From positions 1 to 51,220 of the forward strand of contig JALAGF010003284.1 of the NCBI GenBank assembly GCA_030167865.1: a DNA stretch of 51,220 nt, written 5' to 3'. This document shows, in pieces, positions 1 to 9,429 of the stretch. Under the pieces are notes generated by a model. That model searched no databases, was not told where the DNA came from, and was given only the letters and a program-made list of their open reading frames with translations. A program made the translations under genes and the position numbers. This stretch comes from Craspedostauros australis (lineage: Eukaryota). How positions within the stretch are numbered: the stretch's first letter is position 1; each line of letters starts with the position of its first letter.

Positions 1-129
1 ATAATACCAGAACCCGAAAAAACGAAACCAACGATAACACTAGAACAAAACAAAAACACACAAACCAAAAAACAACCAGTACTCAATCTACAGCAATCTC
101 TACGTGACACGAAAGATCCAAAACCGACA

Positions 130-2571
130 ATGAAGACGACCAAACAAGTGAGAATCGCAGACGACATCGTCGACGACACCGAGATGAAGGATGCCCAAGG
201 ACCGGCTGTGCAGACAGCTTCTCCCAAGCCACCACCCAAGCCAAATCCGAAAGGAAACGCAGAAGAAATGATGGAGAAAAGAGGAGAAGTGTCCACAGCA
301 TGGAAAGACCCCAACACAGCGAGGTGGAAAAAGCTGCAAGAAGCGATCGCACGTCAAGCCAAAGGCTTCAAGCCGGGGGAGGTATACGGCGAGGAGGAGA
401 GAGCACTTCACAACCAAACAAAGAAAACGCTTGTCATGAAGGCGACGTGGGAGGGCAAGGACACGGCACTTGTGTCGGCGGCCATGCCCACCATCAAAGA
501 AACCACGACATTTTTCCAAACGGTGATGGACGGGCGCACCACGCGACTGGGCAAAGCCAAGGTCCAGCCAGACGACCCAGCGAGGGTAGCCATAAAGCAA
601 CTCGTTGCAGATCTGTCTCTCACAGATCCAGCAAAGTGCTTTAAGGACGCGCTCAAGCCAGGCGGGAAGACCATGGCCACCAACCAGATGACCATCCTGT
701 GGGCAGCAGCCACGAACTACATGGGGTGTCAATACATGGATGAGAACCCGCCCCCAGAGGTGAACACAGACACAGAGGGAATGCAAGTTGAAAGCGACGA
801 CGACAGCTACGATCTTCAAGCACTCATCCACAAGAAACCGCTCAAACAATCCAACCTCACAGCCTTCACTACCACCACCAAAGTAACAGCGCCAGCTCCG
901 CGAGACGCAAACGGAAAGCTCAGCACAGCGAAAGCTCCAGCAGCAACGGACAACAACCCGAGCAACCGCCCAACCGAAGAAGAGGGATGGACAACGCAGA
1001 AAAAGAAGCCAACGCAAATCTCCACCCCAAAACGCAGATACTACGAAAGGTTCGAGATGCGACTAAAAATCGCTAAAGGATCGCGCACTCCGGTGAGGGA
1101 CTTCCAAGAAAGATTCGGGATGTGGTACGAGGAGGCAAAAGGCATGGACGCAAGCCTAGTCATCAGCCCCTGGTACAAGAAGAACAAGTCCAAAGGGTGC
1201 ATCGTCACATCGGCAGACATCCCAGCAGCATGGAAGGACCTTCGATACTACATCGGAAGAGCCAACCCAACATCCAAAAGTGAGGACGTCTACCTGCAAA
1301 TCCTGCTCTCTTCCAACGTGGACATGCAAATGTTTACAAGCTGGAACACGGAACTCGAAGGAGCGTACCAAGAAGGCGAATACTCCTACATACAGGACTT
1401 GAAGGACGCTGAACACACCACGGAAATTGGGTTCATGGCATACTCGGGAAACTTTACCAAGGCAAAACAGGCGCTGAAGGTCATCAATCAACTACTGGAG
1501 GAGAAGCGAGCCAAACTCAAAGTCGGAGGAAGGGTCAAGTTCATGGGCAAAGTGTCAGAGGAAGTCAAGGACCAACACCTTCAGAACGGAGGAAGCTGGT
1601 ACAACTCTCCGTGGATGGCCCTCCACCTGCACGCAGACGTCAAGGACGCACGCAGAGCTTCCAAGTTGCTTGGCAAGATCTTCAACACCAAGGACGGCGA
1701 TCGGAAAGGCTTGAACTACAGGTATGTGCCAAAACCCGGCACATCAGTGATGGGAGCCAAGACAGCGGAGAAGGTGCAAGCAATGATACGTAAGCACCAG
1801 AACTACGTACGACGACTTAAGTACGAGCAGCTCAAAGGAGACTTCGCGCTGGATACGAAAGATCCGGAGACCAATACCACGACTCTGCGTGAATTCCTGG
1901 CGAGGCAAACCGTGGACGGAAGCCCGATGATCCATGACGTCAGCACAACGCATATGGCCGATGGAAAAGAGGACGCCATACACGTCGTGGCCTTTGAAGA
2001 AAGATTCGCGCAAGCAGTTGGACTCATCCACACCATTGGTATCCGATGCACCTCGGAAATCAACCAATCGACGACAGCATGGTTCTCGGAGGACATCATC
2101 GCCATGAGCAGCGCCATGATCAAGGACGACAACGGCGAGTACGTGGACGTCGAAACCGAGGAAGAAATGGATTTCCTGCTCGACGAGGGATTCGGTGGAG
2201 TCATCATCGAGGGCATCAACCTGATGGAGCGCGAAAGCTCATCTCCCAAACGAAAGAAAGCGAGGCTAGAAGACGAAAGCTTCAAAACTTTCGGCACGGA
2301 GTACGGCAAGTCAGCGGCATCATCAAGATACACCATCCCGGAATCAGAAACCGAAGCGAAAGAAAAGGACGACATCGAGACGGAACTGGAAGAAGCAATG
2401 AGAATGGCACGAGAAGTTCAAGAGCTGGAAGCACATCGAGTGAGAGTAAAAGAACAGTCCAACCAAATCACAAGTCAGGAAGCAATCATAGCGGCACTAC
2501 GCGCAAGGCTAGAAGCGTCTGGGGCCGAGCCTCCCACCTCAAGCAAGGGTGGGGGCGAGGACCAAGAATAA
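130..2571 (+). CDS. Retrotransposon ORF1 protein (813 aa), putative nucleic-acid chaperone
   Basis: ATG-initiated intronless ORF directly upstream of pol; NLS-like SPKRKKAR and C-terminal coiled-coil-like segment (ELEEAMRMAREVQELE...IAALRARLE). Function inferred from position. Confidence 0.85.
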   Translation: MKTTKQVRIADDIVDDTEMKDAQGPAVQTASPKPPPKPNPKGNAEEMMEKRGEVSTAWKDPNTARWKKLQEAIARQAKGFKPGEVYGEEERALHNQTKKTLVMKATWEGKDTALVSAAMPTIKETTTFFQTVMDGRTTRLGKAKVQPDDPARVAIKQLVADLSLTDPAKCFKDALKPGGKTMATNQMTILWAAATNYMGCQYMDENPPPEVNTDTEGMQVESDDDSYDLQALIHKKPLKQSNLTAFTTTTKVTAPAPRDANGKLSTAKAPAATDNNPSNRPTEEEGWTTQKKKPTQISTPKRRYYERFEMRLKIAKGSRTPVRDFQERFGMWYEEAKGMDASLVISPWYKKNKSKGCIVTSADIPAAWKDLRYYIGRANPTSKSEDVYLQILLSSNVDMQMFTSWNTELEGAYQEGEYSYIQDLKDAEHTTEIGFMAYSGNFTKAKQALKVINQLLEEKRAKLKVGGRVKFMGKVSEEVKDQHLQNGGSWYNSPWMALHLHADVKDARRASKLLGKIFNTKDGDRKGLNYRYVPKPGTSVMGAKTAEKVQAMIRKHQNYVRRLKYEQLKGDFALDTKDPETNTTTLREFLARQTVDGSPMIHDVSTTHMADGKEDAIHVVAFEERFAQAVGLIHTIGIRCTSEINQSTTAWFSEDIIAMSSAMIKDDNGEYVDVETEEEMDFLLDEGFGGVIIEGINLMERESSSPKRKKARLEDESFKTFGTEYGKSAASSRYTIPESETEAKEKDDIETELEEAMRMAREVQELEAHRVRVKEQSNQITSQEAIIAALRARLEASGAEPPTSSKGGGEDQE

Positions 2572-5500
2572 GGAAAGGCTGGGGGCAGGCGAAGCAACGA
2601 CGACCACCCCCGCAAGCCCAACAGATGCAACCCAGGAGGAAGCGCGCCAGGAAGGGCAGGACCTCCACGACCAACACTGGGGAGATTCCACGGGCAACAA
2701 AAGCAGCACATTATTACGCATAGCGGCGTTGAACGTGGGATGCCTACAGGTTGAGTCCAAACACTGGAAGAACGACGATCTCTGGCAATGGCTGAAACAA
2801 CTACAAATCGACGTTGCTCTACTATCTGAGATAGGGATCAACTGGTCAAAGCTGGGCAAGATCAATTCATGGAAGGCAAGGTCAAGGAAGCATGTGAAAA
2901 CCGAAAGGCACTCTCTGGCGTACAACGAAAGAGAACGCCTGGGTAGCCCAAAACAATGGGGCGGCACAGCATGCACGATGACAGGAAACATCACGGGGAG
3001 GTATAAGAGCACGAGCAGCGATCCACGACGAATGGGCAGGTGGACAAGCATGGCAATTCGAGGCCGGCAAGACACCACCATCCGATTCGTGAGCGTGTAC
3101 GTTCCAAGCAAAGGGGGGCAAAGCTCTGGCACAGTGTATCACCAACAAGCGTCTTGGCTCGAGTCTCAGGGCATCACCACACCGCCCATAGAGCAGCTGA
3201 TCCGGGATCTGGAAGCGGCGATACAAGAGTGGAAAGCAGCAGGTGAAACCGTCATCGTCGGGGGGGACATCAATATGCCAGTGGCAAGATCGCAAATGGC
3301 GACCATGATGGCCAGACAAGGCATGAAGGAGTCAATAACCAGCCGGCACCAAGCAGCGCCGACAATCTCAACGAATGTACGTGCAACCTCCAACCGCATC
3401 ATCGATGGCATCTGGACGCCAGCGTCCCTGCAGGTAGTCAGATCAGGATACAGCAGATTTGGGCAATGGGACCACCGAACGGCATGGATAGAAGTGTCGC
3501 AAGCATCAATCTTCGGAGAGGCCAGCACTCCTACTCAAAAATTCGAAGGTCGCAGAGTCCAACTCAACAAACCAAATACAGTGAGAAAGTATCAAAAGGA
3601 AGTGATGAAGCAATACAGCAGGCACCGACTGAAAGAAAGAGTGGAGGAGCTACAAGGAGAAATCCACAGCGAGATGCAGCTCAGCGACGATCAAAAATTA
3701 AGAATGGAGGCCATCGACCAAGACAGAGAAAGAGCTATGCTATCCGCTGAGAAAGGAGCAAGAACGATATACACCGGGAGAGTACCGTACTCGCCAGAGA
3801 TCAAAAAGAGAGCGCTCGAAAAGCAGTTCTGGAACCTGGCATGGAAACGCCGAAACGGAAAGAAAGTGAGTTCGAGGTGGTACGAAAGAGCCAAAAAACA
3901 AGCGAACATCACAGTCCGAACGGCCACCCTGAATGGAGACGAACTGGAGGACCAACGAAAACGAGCGCATGCAAGATGGAAGCAGGCCAAAAAGAACGCG
4001 TGGTCACATCGAAGTACTTTCCTACAAGCCAGAGCTGAAGAAGTGGCCAAGGTAGGGAATACCACGGCGGAAGCGGCCTTGCGATCAATCCAAAAACGGG
4101 AGGAGGTCATGGAAACATATAGGGCCATCCGCAGCATGCTGGGGGATCACGACACCAACAGCAAAGTCACAATGGTCATCGCACACAATCCAAGCGGGGA
4201 AGAGGAAGTCTATGACAAGGAGCAAGCGGTGATAACGCAGTGCATGCGGGCAAACGAGTCCAAATATCGACAGGCATACATCACCCCACTCCAAGGACAG
4301 GCCTTCACCAGAGACATCCGGCGACATGGCATCCAAGTCACCCGACGCAGACAGCGCCACAAGCTCGATCAACACACTGATAGATTCCTGGAGGAGCTCT
4401 GCAAGCAAGGCACGGTTCCATGGACAGCCCAAGACCTCAAGATCACGACCATCAGCCACCAACAGCTGTGGTCCAAGGCGCGTGAGAAGACTACATCGGG
4501 GCCATCAGGTCTCCACTTTGGGCTGTGGAAAGCCAACGCACAGAACGATGCCGTCGCAGAAGTCGACGCAGCCATGCGGGAGATATCGTTACAGACAGGA
4601 TACAACCTGAGGAGGTGGCTGACATGCACCGATGTGACGCTGCTCAAGGAGCCGGGCAATTTTCGTGTGTCACGCTTTCGGACCATCAGCCTGGTGGAAG
4701 GCGACTTCAACGCGAACCTCAAATGGATAGGAAAAATCATGATGAAGCACGCCGAGGCGCACGACATGCTGCCTGAAGAGCAGTACGGAAGCCGCAAACA
4801 ACGAAGCGCGGCGGAGGTCAGCCTGAACAACCGACTGACGGACGACATCATTCGAGCAACGGCAGCTACCAGCTGCATATGCTCCAACGACGCCAAGAGC
4901 TGTTACGACAGAATGGCTCATGTTCCTCTTGAGCTCAGTATGGAGCACATCGGAGTTCCAACAGTGGTCAGTCGCAGCGTGACTGAAGCAGTTCAATCCA
5001 TGAAACACCATGTGCTCACAGGCTTTGGCAAGTCGGTGCGCACGTACCCACACAGAGGGTCCAAGTTGCAAGGACTGCTGCAAGGGCTGGGCATCTCGCC
5101 TGCGGGATGGGTTGCGATGAGCTCGCCGATTATGAAAGCCATGTCTTCGCAAGGGTTTGGATTTCACTCGGTGAGTCCCACAGCGAAAGCAACAGCGAAG
5201 CTGGTGTGCTTTTCATTTGTGGACGACGCGGACCTGATTCATTCTGTCCGGGCGGACGTCAACGACCCCGAAGCATGCATCGACGAGATTCAACGAGTTG
5301 TGGATGCTTGGGAAGGCATGTTGCGAGCTACAGGAGGTGCTCTCGAGCCACGCAAAAGTTACTGGTATCTCATGTCTTTCCGATGGGACGGGGCCAAGTG
5401 GCAATACAGGACCATTGCGGAACAGCCAGGAAGCATCAGCATCCGGAAACCAGACGAGCAAGACAAAGAAACGCTGACGCGGCTGCACGTGAACCAAGCA

Positions 5501-6328
5501 AGGAAGGCCCTGGGAGTGATGGTAAGGCATGACGGAGTGCAAGATGACAATGAAGCATACTATACCAAGAAAGCGGAGGTCTGGGCAGACAAGATGCGGC
5601 GAGGACGTATGCTGCGAACCCACGCGTGGATCGCCATGAAGTCCACCATCTGGAAAGCATTGGAATACCCGCTTACGAGCTCTACCTTCACGAAAGAGGC
5701 CACCGAACGCATAATGCGGCCAGTACTACAGGCGGCACTACCGGCAGCCGGGGTGCAGCGCAACATATCACGGCAACTGGTCTTCGGTCCAAGTGTGCGC
5801 CTGGGCTTCGAGGTCCATCATCTGTTCTACACCCAGATTGCAAAGCATCTCGAGGTGCTGGCGAGACACTGGCAGAGAGACACACTGACGGGCAAGCTGC
5901 TGCAAACATCAGTGGAGCTGTTAACGCTACAGGTTGGTGTACCAGATGTCTTCCAGCGAGACCCAGAACAGTGGGGACACCTGGCGGACATCTCGTGGAT
6001 CAAGACACTATGGCAAGAGACCAGAGAGGTGGGCATCACAGTGCAGTGGGAGACCAGGATACTGCACGCCCCTCGACAACAGGATGCGCCAATCATGGAG
6101 CGCGTCCGAGCCCTCGGTCTTGGCCAGTCGCACGAGAAGGTCATTAACACTTGCCGAATTGCAAAACAGGTGTTCTGGCTCTCAGATATCGTCTCTGCCG
6201 ACGGCACCAAGCTCCTAAACACAGCGGACAAAAAGGGCAGGGATCCACTGCGATCGTCATGCCTCCGATGGCCGCCAGTGGGCGAGGTCGGACCGGCAGG
6301 ATGGCGTCAATGGAACCTGGCTATCTGA
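2549..6328 (+). CDS. Retrotransposon ORF2, N-terminal part: AP-like endonuclease + reverse transcriptase (no AUG start; ends at in-frame TGA)
   Basis: APE motifs LRIAALNVG, LLSE, FVSVYVP, VIVGGDIN, IDGIW, DHR; RT motifs EQYGSR, SNDAKSCYDR, GLLQG, FVDD (5216-5227), GGAL..KS.WY, KALGV. Track start 2549 is GTG; frame is open from 2513. Confidence 0.93.
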   Translation: MGARTKNKERLGAGEATTTTPASPTDATQEEARQEGQDLHDQHWGDSTGNKSSTLLRIAALNVGCLQVESKHWKNDDLWQWLKQLQIDVALLSEIGINWSKLGKINSWKARSRKHVKTERHSLAYNERERLGSPKQWGGTACTMTGNITGRYKSTSSDPRRMGRWTSMAIRGRQDTTIRFVSVYVPSKGGQSSGTVYHQQASWLESQGITTPPIEQLIRDLEAAIQEWKAAGETVIVGGDINMPVARSQMATMMARQGMKESITSRHQAAPTISTNVRATSNRIIDGIWTPASLQVVRSGYSRFGQWDHRTAWIEVSQASIFGEASTPTQKFEGRRVQLNKPNTVRKYQKEVMKQYSRHRLKERVEELQGEIHSEMQLSDDQKLRMEAIDQDRERAMLSAEKGARTIYTGRVPYSPEIKKRALEKQFWNLAWKRRNGKKVSSRWYERAKKQANITVRTATLNGDELEDQRKRAHARWKQAKKNAWSHRSTFLQARAEEVAKVGNTTAEAALRSIQKREEVMETYRAIRSMLGDHDTNSKVTMVIAHNPSGEEEVYDKEQAVITQCMRANESKYRQAYITPLQGQAFTRDIRRHGIQVTRRRQRHKLDQHTDRFLEELCKQGTVPWTAQDLKITTISHQQLWSKAREKTTSGPSGLHFGLWKANAQNDAVAEVDAAMREISLQTGYNLRRWLTCTDVTLLKEPGNFRVSRFRTISLVEGDFNANLKWIGKIMMKHAEAHDMLPEEQYGSRKQRSAAEVSLNNRLTDDIIRATAATSCICSNDAKSCYDRMAHVPLELSMEHIGVPTVVSRSVTEAVQSMKHHVLTGFGKSVRTYPHRGSKLQGLLQGLGISPAGWVAMSSPIMKAMSSQGFGFHSVSPTAKATAKLVCFSFVDDADLIHSVRADVNDPEACIDEIQRVVDAWEGMLRATGGALEPRKSYWYLMSFRWDGAKWQYRTIAEQPGSISIRKPDEQDKETLTRLHVNQARKALGVMVRHDGVQDDNEAYYTKKAEVWADKMRRGRMLRTHAWIAMKSTIWKALEYPLTSSTFTKEATERIMRPVLQAALPAAGVQRNISRQLVFGPSVRLGFEVHHLFYTQIAKHLEVLARHWQRDTLTGKLLQTSVELLTLQVGVPDVFQRDPEQWGHLADISWIKTLWQETREVGITVQWETRILHAPRQQDAPIMERVRALGLGQSHEKVINTCRIAKQVFWLSDIVSADGTKLLNTADKKGRDPLRSSCLRWPPVGEVGPAGWRQWNLAI

Positions 6329-8188
6329 CAGATAGGCCAAGTCTCGAGATCGGCAACAGTACGACTGGAACGACCACTCGGGCAATGGCAGAGATTCAGC
6401 TCCCAGCAGCCCCAAGTGTTCTGGGATCCGGACAGTGATCGCATTCAAGATTTGACGCACGCATCGAAGCACTACAGAAGAATCCCACGCAGACGGCGAG
6501 GACGAGCATACGAGCCAGCTGACGGCGCCATACCGCGGCCACGGCACATCGTCGATGGATATCGGGAGGGCACGCGCATAAATGTCGAAAGCACCAGCGA
6601 GGGGCGATCAGAACCAGCACGAGAAGCGGCCACAGTGGACCAGGCATTGAGCGAAATGGCTCCGGAGATGGCGTGGGCAGTGAGAGAGCACACGCTGGAA
6701 GGCCAGTGGGAGACGATAGCTCAAGCTGTGAGACACCGACGGGCGAAGGCGTGCAGCGATGGGTCGGTAGCCCATGGCAAAGGCGCGTCTGGCGCAATGA
6801 TTCTGGCCTCGCACGGAGACGCCTCGGCTCGACTACTGATTGCCAACCTTGCTCCAGCTACCGATGGAGTCATGCAGTCCCATCGAGCGGAGCTTGCCGG
6901 CATCTACGGAGTTTTGGCAGTGCTGACAGCAGTCTGCGACATCCACTCAGTCCAGCAAGGATGCGTGGAGATAGGGTGCGACAACACGGGGGCTCTTAAG
7001 GCGCTCGATCTGGAATGGCATCTCTCACCAACCTCTACCGACGCCGATCTACAAAGAGCAGTTCGAAACCTCAGCAGGGATCTCCCCATTGAAGTTCGCG
7101 GAAAACATGTCAAAGGACATCAAGACGATGGTACGGCGTGGGTGGACTTAAGCGAGTGGGCGCGCATGAATGTCGTCGCCGATAAGCTCGCCGGAGCAGC
7201 GAGAGTCTCCATACCCGACAGCGAAATACACAAAGGACACATCGCAGGCGAGAGGGTGTCTTTCGTCACAGATCGAAAGATGATGCGTATTGGATACTCT
7301 GCAGTTGCCCAAGGCCAAACTCTCCAAGGCGCCACCGAAGTGCTGAAGTCCCGACAAGTGATTGCTCAAGAGCAGCCAGCGGCATGGCAAGAAATTGGCG
7401 ACGCGCTGACGGAGCTCGACCAGAACCGGCGGCTGTTAACCATCAAGCTTCTGACCGGGGAGGCTCCAGTTGGCAAACGCATGAAACAATGGGGACTACG
7501 CGAGTCCGATCGATGCCCTAGTTGTGGGCAAAGGGAGGACGCGGAACACTTCTGGGTGTGCACAGGGGCCGACAGGACGGCAGTGGCACAGCGACAGTTG
7601 ATCGACATACGATGGTGGATGAAGTCGTACCCGACGAAACCCGACATAGCAACAGGTGTAACGTCCATTCTGCGCAGTCAGTTGGAAGGCACTGTGCATC
7701 TGCATTCGACCAGCCCGGGAAGCCAGATGCGAGAGGCGGCAAACCAACAAGCCGCAATTGGCACCAACGCCCTTCGCAAAGGCCTCCTCGCTAAGCATTG
7801 GCAACCTATGCAAGATGAATACCTTCAGCAACGGAAGTCGAGAAAGTCAGCCGCAAAGTGGTCCAAACAGCTAATCCGGAGAATATGGAAAATCGCCTGG
7901 GAACAATGGGCGGCGCGCAATACGGCCATGTTTGAAGGCCAGGACTCGGCCGAAGCTGAAATGGTTCAAGCCCTCAGAGACAGGGCGAACTCACTTCATC
8001 TTCGCCTCGAGCAAGACAGTACCGACTACCACCGCATCACCCAAACGAAGCCCGCCGACGACGCCGCTGTAGGCATGGTCGCGGTATGGGTCGAGCAAGC
8101 AGCACGCATACTAAATGAGCCGGCCGCCTCCGGCGCCCTGCTCAATTGGCTAATGTGTCGACGGCAAGCTCACCCAGCCCCCGACTGA
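6329..8188 (+). CDS. Retrotransposon ORF2, C-terminal part: RNase H + CCHC zinc knuckle (same frame as RT, separated by one TGA)
   Basis: RNase H catalytic motifs ACSDGS, RAELAG, GCDN, HVKGHQD, NVVADKLA all present; CPSC-x7-H-x3-C knuckle. Frame continues without stops from 6329 (QIGQVSRSATVRLERPLGQW...). Confidence 0.9.
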   Translation, partial: QIGQVSRSATVRLERPLGQWQRFSSQQPQVFWDPDSDRIQDLTHASKHYRRIPRRRRGRAYEPADGAIPRPRHIVDGYREGTRINVESTSEGRSEPAREAATVDQALSEMAPEMAWAVREHTLEGQWETIAQAVRHRRAKACSDGSVAHGKGASGAMILASHGDASARLLIANLAPATDGVMQSHRAELAGIYGVLAVLTAVCDIHSVQQGCVEIGCDNTGALKALDLEWHLSPTSTDADLQRAVRNLSRDLPIEVRGKHVKGHQDDGTAWVDLSEWARMNVVADKLAGAARVSIPDSEIHKGHIAGERVSFVTDRKMMRIGYSAVAQGQTLQGATEVLKSRQVIAQEQPAAWQEIGDALTELDQNRRLLTIKLLTGEAPVGKRMKQWGLRESDRCPSCGQREDAEHFWVCTGADRTAVAQRQLIDIRWWMKSYPTKPDIATGVTSILRSQLEGTVHLHSTSPGSQMREAANQQAAIGTNALRKGLLAKHWQPMQDEYLQQRKSRKSAAKWSKQLIRRIWKIAWEQWAARNTAMFEGQDSAEAEMVQALRDRANSLHLRLEQDSTDYHRITQTKPADDAAVGMVAVWVEQAARILNEPAASGALLNWLMCRRQAHPAPD

Positions 8189-8190
8189 GT

Positions 8191-8247
8191 CCGAGGCGCG
8201 CGCACCTCGGGGCAACGGGCCACCGTTACATGAAATACATACATACA
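8191..8247 (+). other. Retrotransposon 3' UTR: two hairpins plus (TACA)3 tail
   Basis: CCGAGG-8 nt-CCTCGG (8191-8210), AACGG-GCCA-CCGTT (8214-8227), TACATACATACA (8236-8247). Confidence 0.65.
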
Positions 8248-9429
8248 CAAAACGCAGATTCCGTGCTTCCTTCGTGCCGCGCACGAAGTTGAAAGAAGGC
8301 GGAGAAAAGCGCCACCGGCGCAGCCTCATAAGAGGGTCTAATCTCTGAGTTTTTATTTTATTGATACCAGAGGCATCGAGGTCATGGAGTGTTTGCGACG
8401 GCAAAGTGACAAGATGGCCATGGCTGTCATCGTCATTTCTTCTGTTGCCATTGTCATCTCCATTGCTCTTGCCATCAATGTTGATGCCATCAATGTTGTT
8501 GCCATTGTTATCATTGTCAGAGTCAGCATCAGTGTTGTTGTGGTTGACATCGTTGTTGACATAGACATCATTGTTGCTGTTGCTGTTGTTGTTATCACCA
8601 CTGTTGAGGTGCATGTGAAGGCCGGTGGCAACATTGCTCAAGCCTTGGTTCCATGCATCTGAAATGAGCTGGGGTGGGCTCTGGGACACTTGATGGACCC
8701 CAATGTCAGCGTATGCCATGGCTGGCCAAGGATTGAGATGTATGTATCCCATGCTCTCTTTTGCATTGTGAATACTGATTGCGCTAGTGCTGACACCCTG
8801 CCCATTGTTTGTCTTGATGATGATGTTATCCATCACTGGAGTGGAAGGTGATCGAGTGCTCAGCTGCTGATTTTGTGAGAAAGTGGAAAAGAAGGCATGC
8901 TCCATTCGTAGTTTGGCAGAGTAGAACAAGTGGATGACATGGTGACATCATTGTGTGAAACCGTGGGATGAACAGATTGCATCTGCACATCGAACATGTG
9001 CGGATCCGGAGGAAGGTCGGAAAACGAAGTGTGCGACAGGAAGACCAGTGAAGTGGTGATGAAAAAACGACGAGGTTGTGGATGTCGTTGGCGAGTGTCA
9101 ACGGGCACGGTGAGCGCAACCGAAAATGCGAAACAGGTGTCAGCGACTACACCTGGAAAGCATCAACTCACGATGACAGCAAATGCAAAATCATGGCAAC
9201 GGTGCAACACAGCAAGGAGCTTGGTGCACGACGCATGATCATTGTTTGTTCAGTTCCTGCAACTACAGCGAATATTATAATTTAAGACATGATTCATGTC
9301 ATGAGCCGAGATGGCCAGCGCAAGAGGATTGGAAAAAACGACTTCAAGAATCGCATTTTTGAGCGAGTCCATTGAGTCGCCGATTGCGCGTGGACGCAAG
9401 CCACGTAGGCCAGTACCAGGGAAATCATT

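Larger units (their letters stand above)
1..8247 (+). mobile_element. Non-LTR retrotransposon of the APE-RT-RNase H type, probably diatom Ambal clade; 5' end may lie outside the window
   Basis: A/C-rich leader (1-129), ORF1 130-2571, pol frame 2513-8188 with APE, RT, RNase H and CCHC motifs, short hairpinned 3' UTR and (TACA)3 tail at 8236-8247; A-rich sense strand typical of LINEs; no LTRs seen. Clade assignment is from domain order and host type. Confidence 0.93.

Noticed and set aside
100..8100. Many overlapping antisense and alternate-frame ORFs within the retrotransposon (e.g. 100-1017 minus)
   Set aside because: Shadow frames of long coding sequence with no recognisable motifs.
8298..8349. 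HDV-like ribozyme resemblance (GGAGA...CTAA-TCTCT)
   Set aside because: No room for the P1 3' strand and P1.1 between the candidate P3 and P4 stems.
8150..8929. 259-aa Asn/Asp-rich minus-strand ORF
   Set aside because: Starts at a non-ATG codon, is open mainly because of triplet low complexity, and runs across the retrotransposon junction.
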